Counted from the stretch's first letter, positions 38,205 through 48,553 are shown. The stretch: DNA of 64,000 bases from Bdellovibrio sp. (GCA_036677065.1 JAKFBS010000003.1:192001-256000), one strand, 5' to 3'. The notes: generated from the sequence alone by a model not told the origin. Numbers and translations: made by a program.

Positions 38205-39320
38205 ATGGCAGCAACGATCACGGACGACGTTAAAAGACCAGCAAAGAAGATCAAACTAGTGATCAGCGATTTGCATTTGGGTAAAGGACGTCTTTTAGAA
38301 GATGGTGGGCTGAATTCATTAGAAGAATTCTATTACGCTGATAAGTTAGTTGAATTTTTTCAGTACTATTCATCTGGTGCTTACCGTGATTACGAAGTCG
38401 AAGTGATTATCAACGGTGATTTTTTAAATTTCTTACAAGTTGATTATAAAGGTCATTATCTAACTGCGATCACAGAAACAATTGCCTTAGAAGTTTTAAA
38501 AACTATTATTTCAGCACACGCTCCGGTGTTTAAAGCGATGGGCGATTTTTTAGCGCAACAATTTCGCCAGATTACCTATGTGATCGGTAACCACGATCAA
38601 GGCATGATGTTTCAGGCCTGTCGCGACTATTTAGATCAGTTCGTGGGTAAACCCTTACAATATAAAAGTATTATTTATTATATCGATGGCATTCATATCG
38701 AACACGGTCATATGCACGAGGCGGCCAACCGCATGGACCCACGTAAATTTTTTATCAAACAAGGTGTGCCAGAACCAATTTTAAATTTACCTTTTGGATC
38801 GCATTTTTTTGTTGAACTAGTGTTAAAGATTAAAGAACGTTACCCACATGTAGATAAAATTCGCCCTTTTGGCGCAATGATTCGCTGGGCGTTGTTTAAT
38901 GAAACAGCCGTTATGTTCAAATCGATTGGGCTGTTGTCTAAATATATCTATCAAATTTTATTTTCGGCAGACCCTCGTTATAAGTGGCCGTTAAAAAAAC
39001 TTTTAAAAATTTTCTTAGAGAGTGCGATCTTTCCGGATTTAAGTCTGGCTGCTAAAAGAATTTTGGCTGATGAGCGCGTGCATTCAGTGGTTTTTGGCCA
39101 CACCCATGTTTACGAATACCGTAAATGGGGAACCCGTAAAGAATACTTCAATACCGGCACCTGGACCGAGCTGACATCTTTAGATGTTACATCACTTGGC
39201 CGGATCACTAAATTAACTTACGTTCTTTTTGAATATACAGAATCTGACACTCGTCCGCACGGGCGCTTAAAAGAGTGGAAGGGTTTTCACCGTATCGAAG
39301 AAGACGTTGCTGTATCATAA
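38205..39320 (+). CDS. Calcineurin-like metallophosphoesterase
   Basis: SDLH, NGD, GNHD, HGH, GHTH, NTGTW. Confidence 0.9.
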   Translation: MAATITDDVKRPAKKIKLVISDLHLGKGRLLEDGGLNSLEEFYYADKLVEFFQYYSSGAYRDYEVEVIINGDFLNFLQVDYKGHYLTAITETIALEVLKTIISAHAPVFKAMGDFLAQQFRQITYVIGNHDQGMMFQACRDYLDQFVGKPLQYKSIIYYIDGIHIEHGHMHEAANRMDPRKFFIKQGVPEPILNLPFGSHFFVELVLKIKERYPHVDKIRPFGAMIRWALFNETAVMFKSIGLLSKYIYQILFSADPRYKWPLKKLLKIFLESAIFPDLSLAAKRILADERVHSVVFGHTHVYEYRKWGTRKEYFNTGTWTELTSLDVTSLGRITKLTYVLFEYTESDTRPHGRLKEWKGFHRIEEDVAVS

Positions 39321-39380
39321 TCTTAAGTCTAGTCCTTGATTGATCAATGATATTTTCTCGAGCATACTTTCTTAATAGAG

Positions 39381-40313
39381 GTGAGTTACAACATGTCGAA
39401 AAACAACGAACAAGAAGCAACGGTGATGGGAGCTTTGAGCGACACTTTCAGGGGTGCGCTTAAACAAGCTGATGATGCGCCTCCGGCTCTTGTGTGTTTA
39501 GTTGGTCCGACTGAAGCTGTTGGAAAACAGTGGTTAGTAACAAAACCCGACATGACCATCGGTCGTTCTCCAGATTGTGATATCTATATCAACGATACTT
39601 CTTTGAGCCGCTCGCATGCGAAAATTATGCAAGCTGGTTTTGATGTGGTGATCATGGATATGAATTCAACGAATAAAACTTCAGTTAATGATCAAATTGC
39701 AGTTCCGATGGTGCAAAGAAAATTACATAACAGCGACAGAATCAAAGCTGGCAATGTCATTTTGAAATTTTTAGAAAAAGGCAGTATCGAAATTATTGCT
39801 AATCAAAGGACTTTAGAAAAAGCGCAAAAAGATGCTCTTACCGGAGCTTACTCTAAAGGTGCGTTATTAGAAAAAGGCCCTGAGATTATTCAACGTGCAA
39901 AAAACTTAGGTGAGCCTTTATCAGTTATTACATTTGATATCGATTTTTTCAAAAAGGTGAATGATAACTTCGGCCATCCAGGCGGGGATTACGTTTTACG
40001 CGAATTAGGTAAACTTATGCAAGCGCGCCTGGTTCGTGCTAATGATTATTTTGCGCGTTTCGGCGGAGAAGAGTTTGTCACTTTATTGCAAGCTACGAAT
40101 ATCAAAACCGCTGCAGAAGTGGCCGAGCGTATTCGTCAAACCGTAGAAGCTCATGAATTTATTTTTGATGGTCGTAAAGTTCCTGTAACAATCTCAATTG
40201 GTGTGGCGCAATTCAATAGCATCGACACTTGGGAATCAGTTTATGATCGCGCTGACAAAGCCTTATATTCAAGTAAACAAAACGGCCGCAACAAGGTCAC
40301 TGTAGCTGGCTAA
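39381..40313 (+). CDS. dgcB: FHA-GGDEF diguanylate cyclase (DgcB-like)
   Basis: FHA motifs IGRS, SRSHA, STN; DALTG; DIDFFKKVND; GGEEF. Architecture matches Bdellovibrio DgcB. Confidence 0.85.
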   Translation: MSYNMSKNNEQEATVMGALSDTFRGALKQADDAPPALVCLVGPTEAVGKQWLVTKPDMTIGRSPDCDIYINDTSLSRSHAKIMQAGFDVVIMDMNSTNKTSVNDQIAVPMVQRKLHNSDRIKAGNVILKFLEKGSIEIIANQRTLEKAQKDALTGAYSKGALLEKGPEIIQRAKNLGEPLSVITFDIDFFKKVNDNFGHPGGDYVLRELGKLMQARLVRANDYFARFGGEEFVTLLQATNIKTAAEVAERIRQTVEAHEFIFDGRKVPVTISIGVAQFNSIDTWESVYDRADKALYSSKQNGRNKVTVAG

Positions 40314-40314
40314 T

Positions 40315-40998
40315 ATGCAAAACTTTTTTGAAAAGTTACCTAAGTCAGAAATCGAATCTATTTTTAGAAAAAATATATTCGACAAATGCCAAATCACCAT
40401 TGATGGCAAAGTAAATGACGTTGTTCGTGTGAACTTAACTTCTTCAGAAGTCGAAAAATTCGGTAAGCTTTATATTCTTCCTTTAGAAGTCTACGAATTA
40501 AAAGATCGCATGTGCGCTTTTAGCTTTCGTATTGGCACGCGTGTTTTCTTCTTTAAAGCTAAGGTTTTGATGGATGGCAAAGGCTTTTACGTGCAATCCA
40601 ATATGGAAATGCTAGAGCTTCGTCGGCGACGTCATGTGCGCTTTGAAGTGCCAGATGATTTTCCGCATGAAGTGTATGTGATTACCTCTTTAAATAAGAA
40701 TGCGCGTGTAGAAGCCAAATTATCGAACTTTTCTGAATCAGGCGCAAAAATGATCGTGATGGCCGATTTGGTCCTGTTCCAAAAGGGCAGTGGTGTTATT
40801 TTGTCTGTTAAGGTTGGCAAGCGCGCCGTGTTCTTGGTTGGCTGCGTAATTCGCTTTGTTAGTCGTAAACCTAAAGAAAATCCAGAGCTTGGCCTAGAAT
40901 TCGTAAATCTGACTGAAATCAAAAAGAGCCGCATTTTAAATGTGTGCGAAGACCTAACTCGTTTAATTGTCCAAGCTAATCGCAAACAGCGCCGCTAG
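40315..40998 (+). CDS. PilZ-domain c-di-GMP receptor
   Basis: RRRHVR (RxxxR), NFSESG (D/NxSxxG), LGLEF. Confidence 0.85.
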   Translation: MQNFFEKLPKSEIESIFRKNIFDKCQITIDGKVNDVVRVNLTSSEVEKFGKLYILPLEVYELKDRMCAFSFRIGTRVFFFKAKVLMDGKGFYVQSNMEMLELRRRRHVRFEVPDDFPHEVYVITSLNKNARVEAKLSNFSESGAKMIVMADLVLFQKGSGVILSVKVGKRAVFLVGCVIRFVSRKPKENPELGLEFVNLTEIKKSRILNVCEDLTRLIVQANRKQRR

Positions 40999-41050
40999 CT
41001 CATAACTTTCTCTTATACATAGTATTACTAAACTTCGAAAAGATTAATTA

Positions 41051-41101
41051 ATTCAATATGTTAGGCCATTTTGACTCTTTCCTATTGGCCCACCCTTTGC
41101 T
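41051..41101 (+). promoter_or_regulatory. sigma54 promoter with possible IHF site
   Basis: TTGGCCCACCCTTTGCT (GG-N10-GC) at 41085-41101; ATTCAATATGTTA at 41051-41063. Confidence 0.6.
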
Positions 41102-41211
41102 CTAATATTTAGCAAGCATGCTGAGATCTAAGAAAATAGGTTCTTGGAGGGGGCAGCATGAAAAAAGGTTAGTAAGCGATCATAAGTTTTACTAACCGAA
41201 GTTGGACAGGG

Positions 41212-41835
41212 GTGTGTCTTATGATTCAAGTGGAGAAGACTGATCTACAGTTAGTCGAAGAAGTCCGCAACGGTCAGCGGTCATCATTCTCAGAACTTGT
41301 GAAACGACATCAAAAAGGATTGCTACGGTTAAGTATGAGATTTGTGAAGGACCTAGATATTGCACAAGACGTGGTGCAGGAGTCTTTTATTAAGACTTTT
41401 GAGAAACTAAATTCTTTTGAAGGGCGCTCGTCTTTCAAAAGTTGGTTGTATCAAATTACAGTCAATACAGCTCGCAATAAACTGCGTGAAGATCGTTACG
41501 ACTTCTCTGACATTGAGGATGTTCAACTTGGCGTAGACCCGCAAGCTGAAAGATCACTTGTTCACAGAGCTGTCGGCGAAATTCTGAATGCAGAAGTTGA
41601 GAAGCTTCCTTTCAAACAAAAAACAGCTCTGGTGTTACGCGTGTACGAAGATATGAGCTTTTCTGAAATCGCTGAAGTTATGGAGTGCCCGTACGATACG
41701 GCTAAAGCGAACTATAGACATGCACTATTGAAGTTAAAAGAAGTTTTTGAAGATCGTGCAGAATTAAAATCTTGGACAAACGAGATTGGTGGATTCTTCA
41801 CAGAACTAAATACTAAATATGCGGAGGCAGAATAA
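41212..41835 (+). CDS. ECF RNA polymerase sigma factor
   Basis: AQDVVQESFIK, SSFKSWLYQI, LPFKQK, SFSEIAEVM. Confidence 0.93.
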   Translation: MCLMIQVEKTDLQLVEEVRNGQRSSFSELVKRHQKGLLRLSMRFVKDLDIAQDVVQESFIKTFEKLNSFEGRSSFKSWLYQITVNTARNKLREDRYDFSDIEDVQLGVDPQAERSLVHRAVGEILNAEVEKLPFKQKTALVLRVYEDMSFSEIAEVMECPYDTAKANYRHALLKLKEVFEDRAELKSWTNEIGGFFTELNTKYAEAE

Positions 41836-42307
41836 CATGAAACCGAATCAGGGATTGAGAGAACAATTAAGACGGGAAGATCCGATTGAGCTTCCCATGG
41901 ACGATATGTTTTTTGACAAGCTTCATGACAAAATCATGGCAGATGTCGCAAAAACAGAAATCAAGCCAGCTGCAAGCCGGCTATCAAAGTCATGGGAGTT
42001 CTTAGAACGTCAGGCGCATTATTATCGACCGTCGAATAATGTGCGCACACTTCACGTCGTGAAAATGGGATTAGTTGGCGTCAGCTTAACCTTAGGCTTA
42101 GGTCTGGCTACAATGAGTCTTAAATTATTTGATATGAGTTCACAAAATCAGATCGCCTCAAACAGGCAGATCATTATCGAGCAAGCTTTAGAAAACCCAC
42201 AGGACTGGGTAGAAATGGCGGCCTCAGTACAAAATGACTCTGATTTTTACGCAGATGTTATGAACGAAAGATTAAGTGCAAGCCAAGGAGCGGACTTACA
42301 ACTTTAA
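41819..42307 (+). CDS. Putative anti-sigma factor (single TM)
   Basis: Adjacent to the ECF sigma gene; PxDxFFDKLHDKIM motif; one TM helix. Confidence 0.6.
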   Translation: MRRQNNMKPNQGLREQLRREDPIELPMDDMFFDKLHDKIMADVAKTEIKPAASRLSKSWEFLERQAHYYRPSNNVRTLHVVKMGLVGVSLTLGLGLATMSLKLFDMSSQNQIASNRQIIIEQALENPQDWVEMAASVQNDSDFYADVMNERLSASQGADLQL

Positions 42308-42393
42308 TCCAGAAAAACACAATGTAATGAATCTTGGAAACGGATGTCCAAATTCATTTGTTTAGTTACCCAAATATAGACATAATTTTCTTA

Positions 42394-42885
42394 ATGTCTT
42401 TTTTCACAATCCTTCTTATTCCCATTCTTTTTTGTCTGCCCGTGGCAGCTCAGAGTGCAGCAGCACCTACCGTAAAGAAAAACTCAGTTGAAGACATTTT
42501 TATCTGGAAAGTCAGTGATGAACTAAAGTTATCAGCCACCGAAGAAAAAAAGTTCGCCGATATTCATCGCGATCTCAATAAGCAAAAAATGCAATTTGCG
42601 AGCCAGTTGCAGAAGCTGTCGTTTCAAAGTAAAGAAAATCCACAGTTGCCACAAAACCAAGCCTCTAACATTATCAAAAATTATAAAAAAACCCTGATTG
42701 CCTATAATGATCTAAGCTTACAAGAGCTTGATAAAATGAAAGCACTGCTGGGCGATAAAAAGTTTTTGGATTATTTGGCTATTAAGCAAGACATCAACCT
42801 TAAGCTTAAATCTTTGGTTTTAGGCGAAGAGCCTAAGGCGAAGCCTGCGAAGCTTCCGCCACCTCAGATTATCGAAGAAAAATAA
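42394..42885 (+). CDS. Periplasmic helical protein (Spy/CpxP-like); start probably ATG 42394
   Basis: Signal peptide, ELKLSATEEKKF and MKALLG motifs; ECF locus context. Confidence 0.55.
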   Translation: MSFFTILLIPILFCLPVAAQSAAAPTVKKNSVEDIFIWKVSDELKLSATEEKKFADIHRDLNKQKMQFASQLQKLSFQSKENPQLPQNQASNIIKNYKKTLIAYNDLSLQELDKMKALLGDKKFLDYLAIKQDINLKLKSLVLGEEPKAKPAKLPPPQIIEEK

Positions 42886-45396
42886 TTACTTCCCGCGACG
42901 GCCGGATCGATGACGGTAATCACGATCTTCGTCATCTTCATTCACAGCATCTTCAGTAATTTCTTTGATGTATCTGTTCACTTTGCGTTCAGGAACATTA
43001 TTATCATATCTTGTCAGATCAAATAATCCTGCATCCGATGGATTCACGGTTTGAGAGTTGTAATAAAACCAATCTGAAAATCGCCAGAAATCTTTATTTG
43101 TTCGTGAAATTGCCCAGCGATTTTTAAGATTTTCATAATCAGCTTGCGAGCGAATATTTTCAATCGCTGTTACAAAATCACTTAATTCACTTTCTTGCAC
43201 CGAGAAGAAAAGATTCGGAAAAGAACCTACATACCCCGGAAATATACTTAACGAATCAATTTCTGGATCACGCCTTCCACTTTCGTTAGTGATAAAAGCT
43301 AAACTGTAGTGCTCGCGGTGATGCACGATCGTAAAAGCTTTACTTTGATTGAGCGGGGCTTGCACTAACACGAACGCCAGATCGGGAAAGAACACAGGAA
43401 ATGGCTTTTCTTGTGCCTTAACTGAAGCGATGCGTTTAAATTGATGGGCATAATTAAGTTCAGCTTTGCTTAACTGGCTCTGTTGCCATTGCACATTGGT
43501 CATGCTCGGAATAATCCGCTTCCAGTTGATTAAATCTGCTGGGCCGCGCACTTGTGGGCTCATGTAATTAAAAGCCACTTGTTCGACAAATTCTGCCTGT
43601 GCACGGTAAGGATTGTCGTATTTCATTTGTGTAGGTGCATCGATGTTATGATGTTTGTACCAGAACTTCATTTTCAAATGCGCAAATACACCACGATACC
43701 AATATTTGCGTATTTGTTTACGATGTTCTTTTCCCGGAGGCATAAAAAGTAAATAGTTTTCTTCAGCTTCCATACGGATAAAATCCATATAGATTCGGCT
43801 GATCGCCTGATGGGTTAAGTTGCCATAGACGTCATAATTAACGACTAAGTTATAAACTAGGCGCTCAAAAAGCGGGTAATCTAAAACATACACGGTTTTA
43901 GACAAATCGCCGCGAAAGCCTTTTAATACCGTAGCACTGTCTTTGTGACGAAAGATCGTTAAAGCCGCGTTGTCGTTATGACCATCGCCATTCCATAGAT
44001 CGTTGATACCATAACCTTCTGGAAAATCTTTTTTATATTTTTTTGCAATAATTTTGCGGTAATCTTCACGTTTATCGACCATGTCACCGTAAGTTGCTAA
44101 GAGGCTTCCCATTTTTGCATCACTGCCGTTGTAATACGATGGTAAAAATAAATTGGGTGATACTTCGGTTTCAAAATTTGCATCACGTGAAGAAAAATCG
44201 CTTTCAGGGTTTAAAAATAAAGTAAAAAATTGTTCATCAATTGAATTTAAAGCATTATTACCAAAACACACTGGCCCACGAATAAAAGTATTAATGTGGT
44301 ACTGAGCATCTTCTAATAAAAAGCGATAGCGTGCTTTCGCCGGTATATCATGAAAAACAATAAAAGGGTTGGCTGATAGTTTTTCACTGTAGCCAGGAAG
44401 AGCTTTAACCTGCCATTCAGTCATATAAAACAAATTTTTAAAACGATTTAGTTTTTCGGTAGAAATCTCTAACGGCAAATGCGTTTTGTTAACAATCTGA
44501 GCCGTAACTTTTTCAAAACAATAGTAAAATCTGGCTCCGGGGTCATCATTTGGTCTACGGGTTGAAATCACATCAACACCGCGCGCACATTCTGATTTAG
44601 ATCTAACCAATGAATAGAAGCTAGTTGGTTCTTCGGCAAAATACAGATGCGCTAAAAACCAATGTTCATAGATATATCTAGAAACTAATTTTTGCTTCAG
44701 ATTCTGGGCATTTAAGAATTTTTCCCAGTTGCGAATAAGAAAAAGTCTATTGCCGCTTGGAATTTTGGCCTGTTGGATTTTTTCCCAAGCCGGGCCTTGG
44801 GCGCCTTGTGATAACCAACTGCTTAATTTGTCTTTTTCATATTTATCTAACATCGGTAAACCAAAGGGCATACCAGCATTTGGTTTTTCTTTTAAATAAA
44901 CCTGTAATTCTTTTTGATTCGACGGGCAGCTTCTGGCTTCTTCTGGCATTTCATCTGGCAGAAGGTCAGAGTTTGTTTTCATGTTGATCATTGAAGTGAT
45001 TAAAGAAGCTTCTGGATTTTTTGCATCATACACCGGAAAAAACTTTTTACTGCGCCATGAAAATAAATCTTTAGCATCAATTCCTAGGCGGGTTAAGGGT
45101 GATGCTTTTTCTTCAAACTGATAAACATGATGTTTGTTAGCTCCGCGTAAAAAACCTTCGTAAGAAGTTAAGTTTAACTGGCAAGCAGCATTATTGCACG
45201 AATGGCAAACTGCGCAGCGATTATTTAAGATCGGTTGAATCACATGTTTGTAATAAATTTCTTTTTCGCTCAAGTTTGCATCTGCGTTCGAAGCTAACTC
45301 ATAACTTCCCTGCACGGGTGTTCGTGAAAAATCAAAGATTCCGATCGAATAAGAAAAGGCGATTAAAATAAGTAAACTTAAAGACACAGATTTCAT
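42886..45396 (-). CDS. cti: Fatty acid cis/trans isomerase (Cti), heme c protein
   Basis: RCAVCHSC..ACQLNL, SRYIYEHWFLAH, FIRGPVC, LFERLVYNLV, MDFIRMEAE. Confidence 0.9.
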   Translation of the reverse strand: MKSVSLSLLILIAFSYSIGIFDFSRTPVQGSYELASNADANLSEKEIYYKHVIQPILNNRCAVCHSCNNAACQLNLTSYEGFLRGANKHHVYQFEEKASPLTRLGIDAKDLFSWRSKKFFPVYDAKNPEASLITSMINMKTNSDLLPDEMPEEARSCPSNQKELQVYLKEKPNAGMPFGLPMLDKYEKDKLSSWLSQGAQGPAWEKIQQAKIPSGNRLFLIRNWEKFLNAQNLKQKLVSRYIYEHWFLAHLYFAEEPTSFYSLVRSKSECARGVDVISTRRPNDDPGARFYYCFEKVTAQIVNKTHLPLEISTEKLNRFKNLFYMTEWQVKALPGYSEKLSANPFIVFHDIPAKARYRFLLEDAQYHINTFIRGPVCFGNNALNSIDEQFFTLFLNPESDFSSRDANFETEVSPNLFLPSYYNGSDAKMGSLLATYGDMVDKREDYRKIIAKKYKKDFPEGYGINDLWNGDGHNDNAALTIFRHKDSATVLKGFRGDLSKTVYVLDYPLFERLVYNLVVNYDVYGNLTHQAISRIYMDFIRMEAEENYLLFMPPGKEHRKQIRKYWYRGVFAHLKMKFWYKHHNIDAPTQMKYDNPYRAQAEFVEQVAFNYMSPQVRGPADLINWKRIIPSMTNVQWQQSQLSKAELNYAHQFKRIASVKAQEKPFPVFFPDLAFVLVQAPLNQSKAFTIVHHREHYSLAFITNESGRRDPEIDSLSIFPGYVGSFPNLFFSVQESELSDFVTAIENIRSQADYENLKNRWAISRTNKDFWRFSDWFYYNSQTVNPSDAGLFDLTRYDNNVPERKVNRYIKEITEDAVNEDDEDRDYRHRSGRRGK

Positions 45397-45473
45397 ATGT
45401 TTCTATTCGGAAAACGGACTCTGTTTTCAAAATAAAATGACGCAGAAAAAGGTCTAGTTATTGGTGCTGGGTC

Positions 45474-46511
45474 TTAAAGTGAGACGGATAATTTTTTTAG
45501 GTCTGCTACAGGGTCTTCAGATTGCTCAAGAGTCTTAATTTTTTCAATAAACAAATCCATGTTCTGATCGCACTTGTTATATAGAATTTCAAAATCATTT
45601 AAGTCTTCCATATAGGTACGCAGTAGCCCCAGCGTGGCATTGTTGATATCTTTTTTAATGAACTGCTCATGTGAAGTGGTTTTTAATTTGCCAGCAAGTT
45701 CAAGAGTAAACGCATCTTTTATTTTTTGAAATTGTTCTTGGCGAATTTTTTCATTCTGTTCTGAATTTGATTTATACCAGGATTCTAGATTTTTGATTTG
45801 CGCAGAAATAAACGCAGAAAATAATTTATCATCGGCATTTTCAGCACTGATCACTTTTACAGTCTGAGAATCTGCACCTTCAAGTTTTTTGTAAAACATT
45901 TCAGTGCCCTTATTGCCGATAAAGACGGCCATGCGCTCGTTGAAATCTGCATTGTTCTTAATATAAACCGTAGTGTGGACGATTTCGTGGATAATGGTAT
46001 TTACAAGATCATGATCTTTATAACGTAGCATTGATGATAAAACAGAATCTTTAAACCATCCCAAAGTTGAATAGGCGGATACGCCGCGCACGAAAGTATC
46101 AAAGCCTTCTTTTTTTAATTCAGCAGCTTCTTCAAGAGCTTCTTGTTCGCTGAAAAATCCTTTGTACGGCATTTTTCCGATGATCGGGTAAGACCATTCG
46201 AAATTTTTTAACTCCCATTTATAAGCCGCATTTACGACCCAGGTTACATACGGCCGTTTTAGATCAATATAGGTTTCATAGTTTTTAGTTTTTTTTAAAT
46301 GCAATTCGTTAAAGGCAAATTCACGCGCTTGCTGGCTCAGGGCCAGTTTTCTTTTTTGTGCTTCTGTTAAATCAGTTTTTTGTAAAACGTCTTCGACATC
46401 TTCGCGGCTGGCCATCATCGAAATTTGATTTTTAGCAGATTTAAAATAATAACCCAGCTGGCAACTTGATAACAGTAAAGTCAGAGCGGTGATACCTAAT
46501 ACAGATCGCAT
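45474..46511 (-). CDS. Putative zinc aminopeptidase lipoprotein
   Basis: Lipobox LSSC; GVSAYSTLGWF; IIHEIVH; FNE. Confidence 0.85.
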   Translation of the reverse strand: MRSVLGITALTLLLSSCQLGYYFKSAKNQISMMASREDVEDVLQKTDLTEAQKRKLALSQQAREFAFNELHLKKTKNYETYIDLKRPYVTWVVNAAYKWELKNFEWSYPIIGKMPYKGFFSEQEALEEAAELKKEGFDTFVRGVSAYSTLGWFKDSVLSSMLRYKDHDLVNTIIHEIVHTTVYIKNNADFNERMAVFIGNKGTEMFYKKLEGADSQTVKVISAENADDKLFSAFISAQIKNLESWYKSNSEQNEKIRQEQFQKIKDAFTLELAGKLKTTSHEQFIKKDINNATLGLLRTYMEDLNDFEILYNKCDQNMDLFIEKIKTLEQSEDPVADLKKLSVSL

Positions 46512-47065
46512 TATAAAAACCAGTTAAGCCCAGCTTTGAAAGCCGTATCATCAGTTTTAGTGCCATCATCCATTGGTGTTTTCCAGATGTCGTAACCTAC
46601 GCGCACTGAAAAACGTTCGGTTAACTTATATTTTAAGCCGATACCGTAACTTGGCGCTATGCCGTCTTTAGTTGGAATTTCGTAAGCATTTGCATTGGCG
46701 TATTTGATCACTGCTTTTTTGTGAATGTATGCGGCTCCGCCTTTGATGTAGGGCTGAAAGTCGCTGCGCTGGTCTGTTAGAATAAAAATTAAATCAGAGC
46801 CTGCAATGGTCGAAGTCTGTTGAATCACGCGCGCTGACGTCGTGTCATTTTCCTGATTTTCATAAAACGATTCTGTGTAACTAAGTTCTAACGCGATTTT
46901 TTCAAACATGTAAAAAGATAACGACGCCGATTTAGATTCAGATTGATAGTAATTGGTGGCGTTGAAATTTTTCTTTGAAAAGCTGTAGCTTAAGCCGATT
47001 TCTGTAGTCAGGGCGTAAGCTGTCATGTGGGCAAAAATAAGAGTAAGAAATAATGCTATTTTCAT
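46511..47065 (-). CDS. Outer-membrane beta-barrel protein
   Basis: Signal peptide, alternating strands, FQPYIKGG, terminal GLNWFL. Confidence 0.8.
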   Translation of the reverse strand: MKIALFLTLIFAHMTAYALTTEIGLSYSFSKKNFNATNYYQSESKSASLSFYMFEKIALELSYTESFYENQENDTTSARVIQQTSTIAGSDLIFILTDQRSDFQPYIKGGAAYIHKKAVIKYANANAYEIPTKDGIAPSYGIGLKYKLTERFSVRVGYDIWKTPMDDGTKTDDTAFKAGLNWFL

Positions 47066-47105
47066 TCTAATATTTTAACTTAAAATTAGAAGGGTGGCTT
47101 GGCTA

Positions 47106-47933
47106 TCAGTAGACGTTGACGCGAATTCTGTACCTTAGACGAACGCGACCGCCGTCGGCCTGGACCTTAGATCGTGGTGGGTTCGGGAAGAATTTTGCGC
47201 TCTTAAACGCATATATCCCCGCGTCATCAAAAGGTTTAAACCCAGAACTGGTCATGATTAAACCTTCTTGATACAGACCATCGGCATTAAGCCAAATTTC
47301 AACTTCGGTGATCCAGCTTTTACCGGCCAGAGTTTTGTAAACATCAGTCGGCATACGATCAAACAAAGCGTTTAAGCGCTCGCTCCAGCGCACATAAAAT
47401 AAATTTAAAATACGATTGTAAAACGAAGCGTAAATATGAGCATCGGCATTTAAATTTGTCGCCGATCCACTTTGAATTTCTCGAGGTAATTGATAGGGAA
47501 CCGTTGATTCTTGCACCCGCGCCATCTGCTGCTGCATCTCTCGGGCAAATTCTGGAACATCCCCATCATCGTGGCTTGCAGGTGTTTTTTGCGAAGCTTG
47601 ATTGGGTGCAGTGTTTTTACTTCCACCCTGTGAGGGTTGGCGGTTTTCAAAAGCACCAAGTTTTGTAGCGCGTGTTTGTTTATCAAAACGCTGATTTTTT
47701 TCAGCCATAAATTGTGCCGGATCTGACATGTCTTTGGGTTCGGGCGCGTTTGAATTTTTAACGACGGGCTTATCGAATTCTTTTTCGCTGGCTTTGGGAG
47801 TTTTTTCGTCGATGATTTCGATCTCTGTTTCACTCGTCGAAAGTCTAGGTATCGCCGGCAGAAGCCAAACGCCTTCGTACATGAGAAAGTGTATAAAGAG
47901 ACTGATCGCTATAAGCGATGCTAAACGCAACAT
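47106..47933 (-). CDS. TonB C-terminal domain protein (TonB/TolA-like)
   Basis: N-terminal SxxxH TM helix, low-complexity linker, SSGFKPFDDA...FPNPP. Confidence 0.8.
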   Translation of the reverse strand: MLRLASLIAISLFIHFLMYEGVWLLPAIPRLSTSETEIEIIDEKTPKASEKEFDKPVVKNSNAPEPKDMSDPAQFMAEKNQRFDKQTRATKLGAFENRQPSQGGSKNTAPNQASQKTPASHDDGDVPEFAREMQQQMARVQESTVPYQLPREIQSGSATNLNADAHIYASFYNRILNLFYVRWSERLNALFDRMPTDVYKTLAGKSWITEVEIWLNADGLYQEGLIMTSSGFKPFDDAGIYAFKSAKFFPNPPRSKVQADGGRVRLRYRIRVNVY

Positions 47934-47958
47934 AATGCTTTAAACTGTATCATTTCTG

Positions 47959-47990
47959 GATCTCAAGTTAAGACAATTTTTTGCCGATAG
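47959..47990 (+). promoter_or_regulatory. sigma28-like promoter overlapped by a TGAGAC-type palindrome
   Basis: TCAA-N16-GCCGATAG; GATCTCAAGTTAAGACA overlaps the -35 element. Confidence 0.55.
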
Positions 47991-48016
47991 GTATTCTGCA
48001 TATATGGGGGATACCA

Positions 48017-48553
48017 ATGTCAAAAGAAGTGTCAAAAGTGATCGATATTACATCACGTCTGAAAACTGTAAATACTAATCCAACTCAAGCGAGCGGCTCT
48101 AGCGGGCAGAATCTGCTTAATATGCAGGAACTTAAAGGCAAATTTCAGCCGATTCTTTTGAAGGAGCGTCGCCAAGTTGAGAGAACTATTCTTTCTGACC
48201 TAATTAGTGGCATGCTTGTTTTACCTGAAAAGGGTTTATACAAAGTTTCGATGTATGATATTTCTGGTGATGGTTTGTCATTTTCACTAGAAAAGCACAT
48301 GGGCTCATTCTCAGTCGGTGAAGAAATTGCTTTACGTGTTTATTTAAATTCTAAAACTTATTTTCCACTTCACGTAAAAGTGAAACACACAACTGTCGAT
48401 GACAGCGAAGAAATCGTTCGTCACGGTGTTGAGTACATGAAGGGTTCTGCCTCAGATGTTGCGCTTCAGCATTTCGTAAATTTCATCATTTCTCTGAATG
48501 AAGGATTACAAATTGATGAAGGTGATATGGTCGCAGGGCCAACCATCGCATAA
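48017..48553 (+). CDS. PilZ-domain protein; start probably ATG 48017
   Basis: ERRQVER and DISGDG motifs; GGGGGA RBS. Confidence 0.8.
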   Translation: MSKEVSKVIDITSRLKTVNTNPTQASGSSGQNLLNMQELKGKFQPILLKERRQVERTILSDLISGMLVLPEKGLYKVSMYDISGDGLSFSLEKHMGSFSVGEEIALRVYLNSKTYFPLHVKVKHTTVDDSEEIVRHGVEYMKGSASDVALQHFVNFIISLNEGLQIDEGDMVAGPTIA

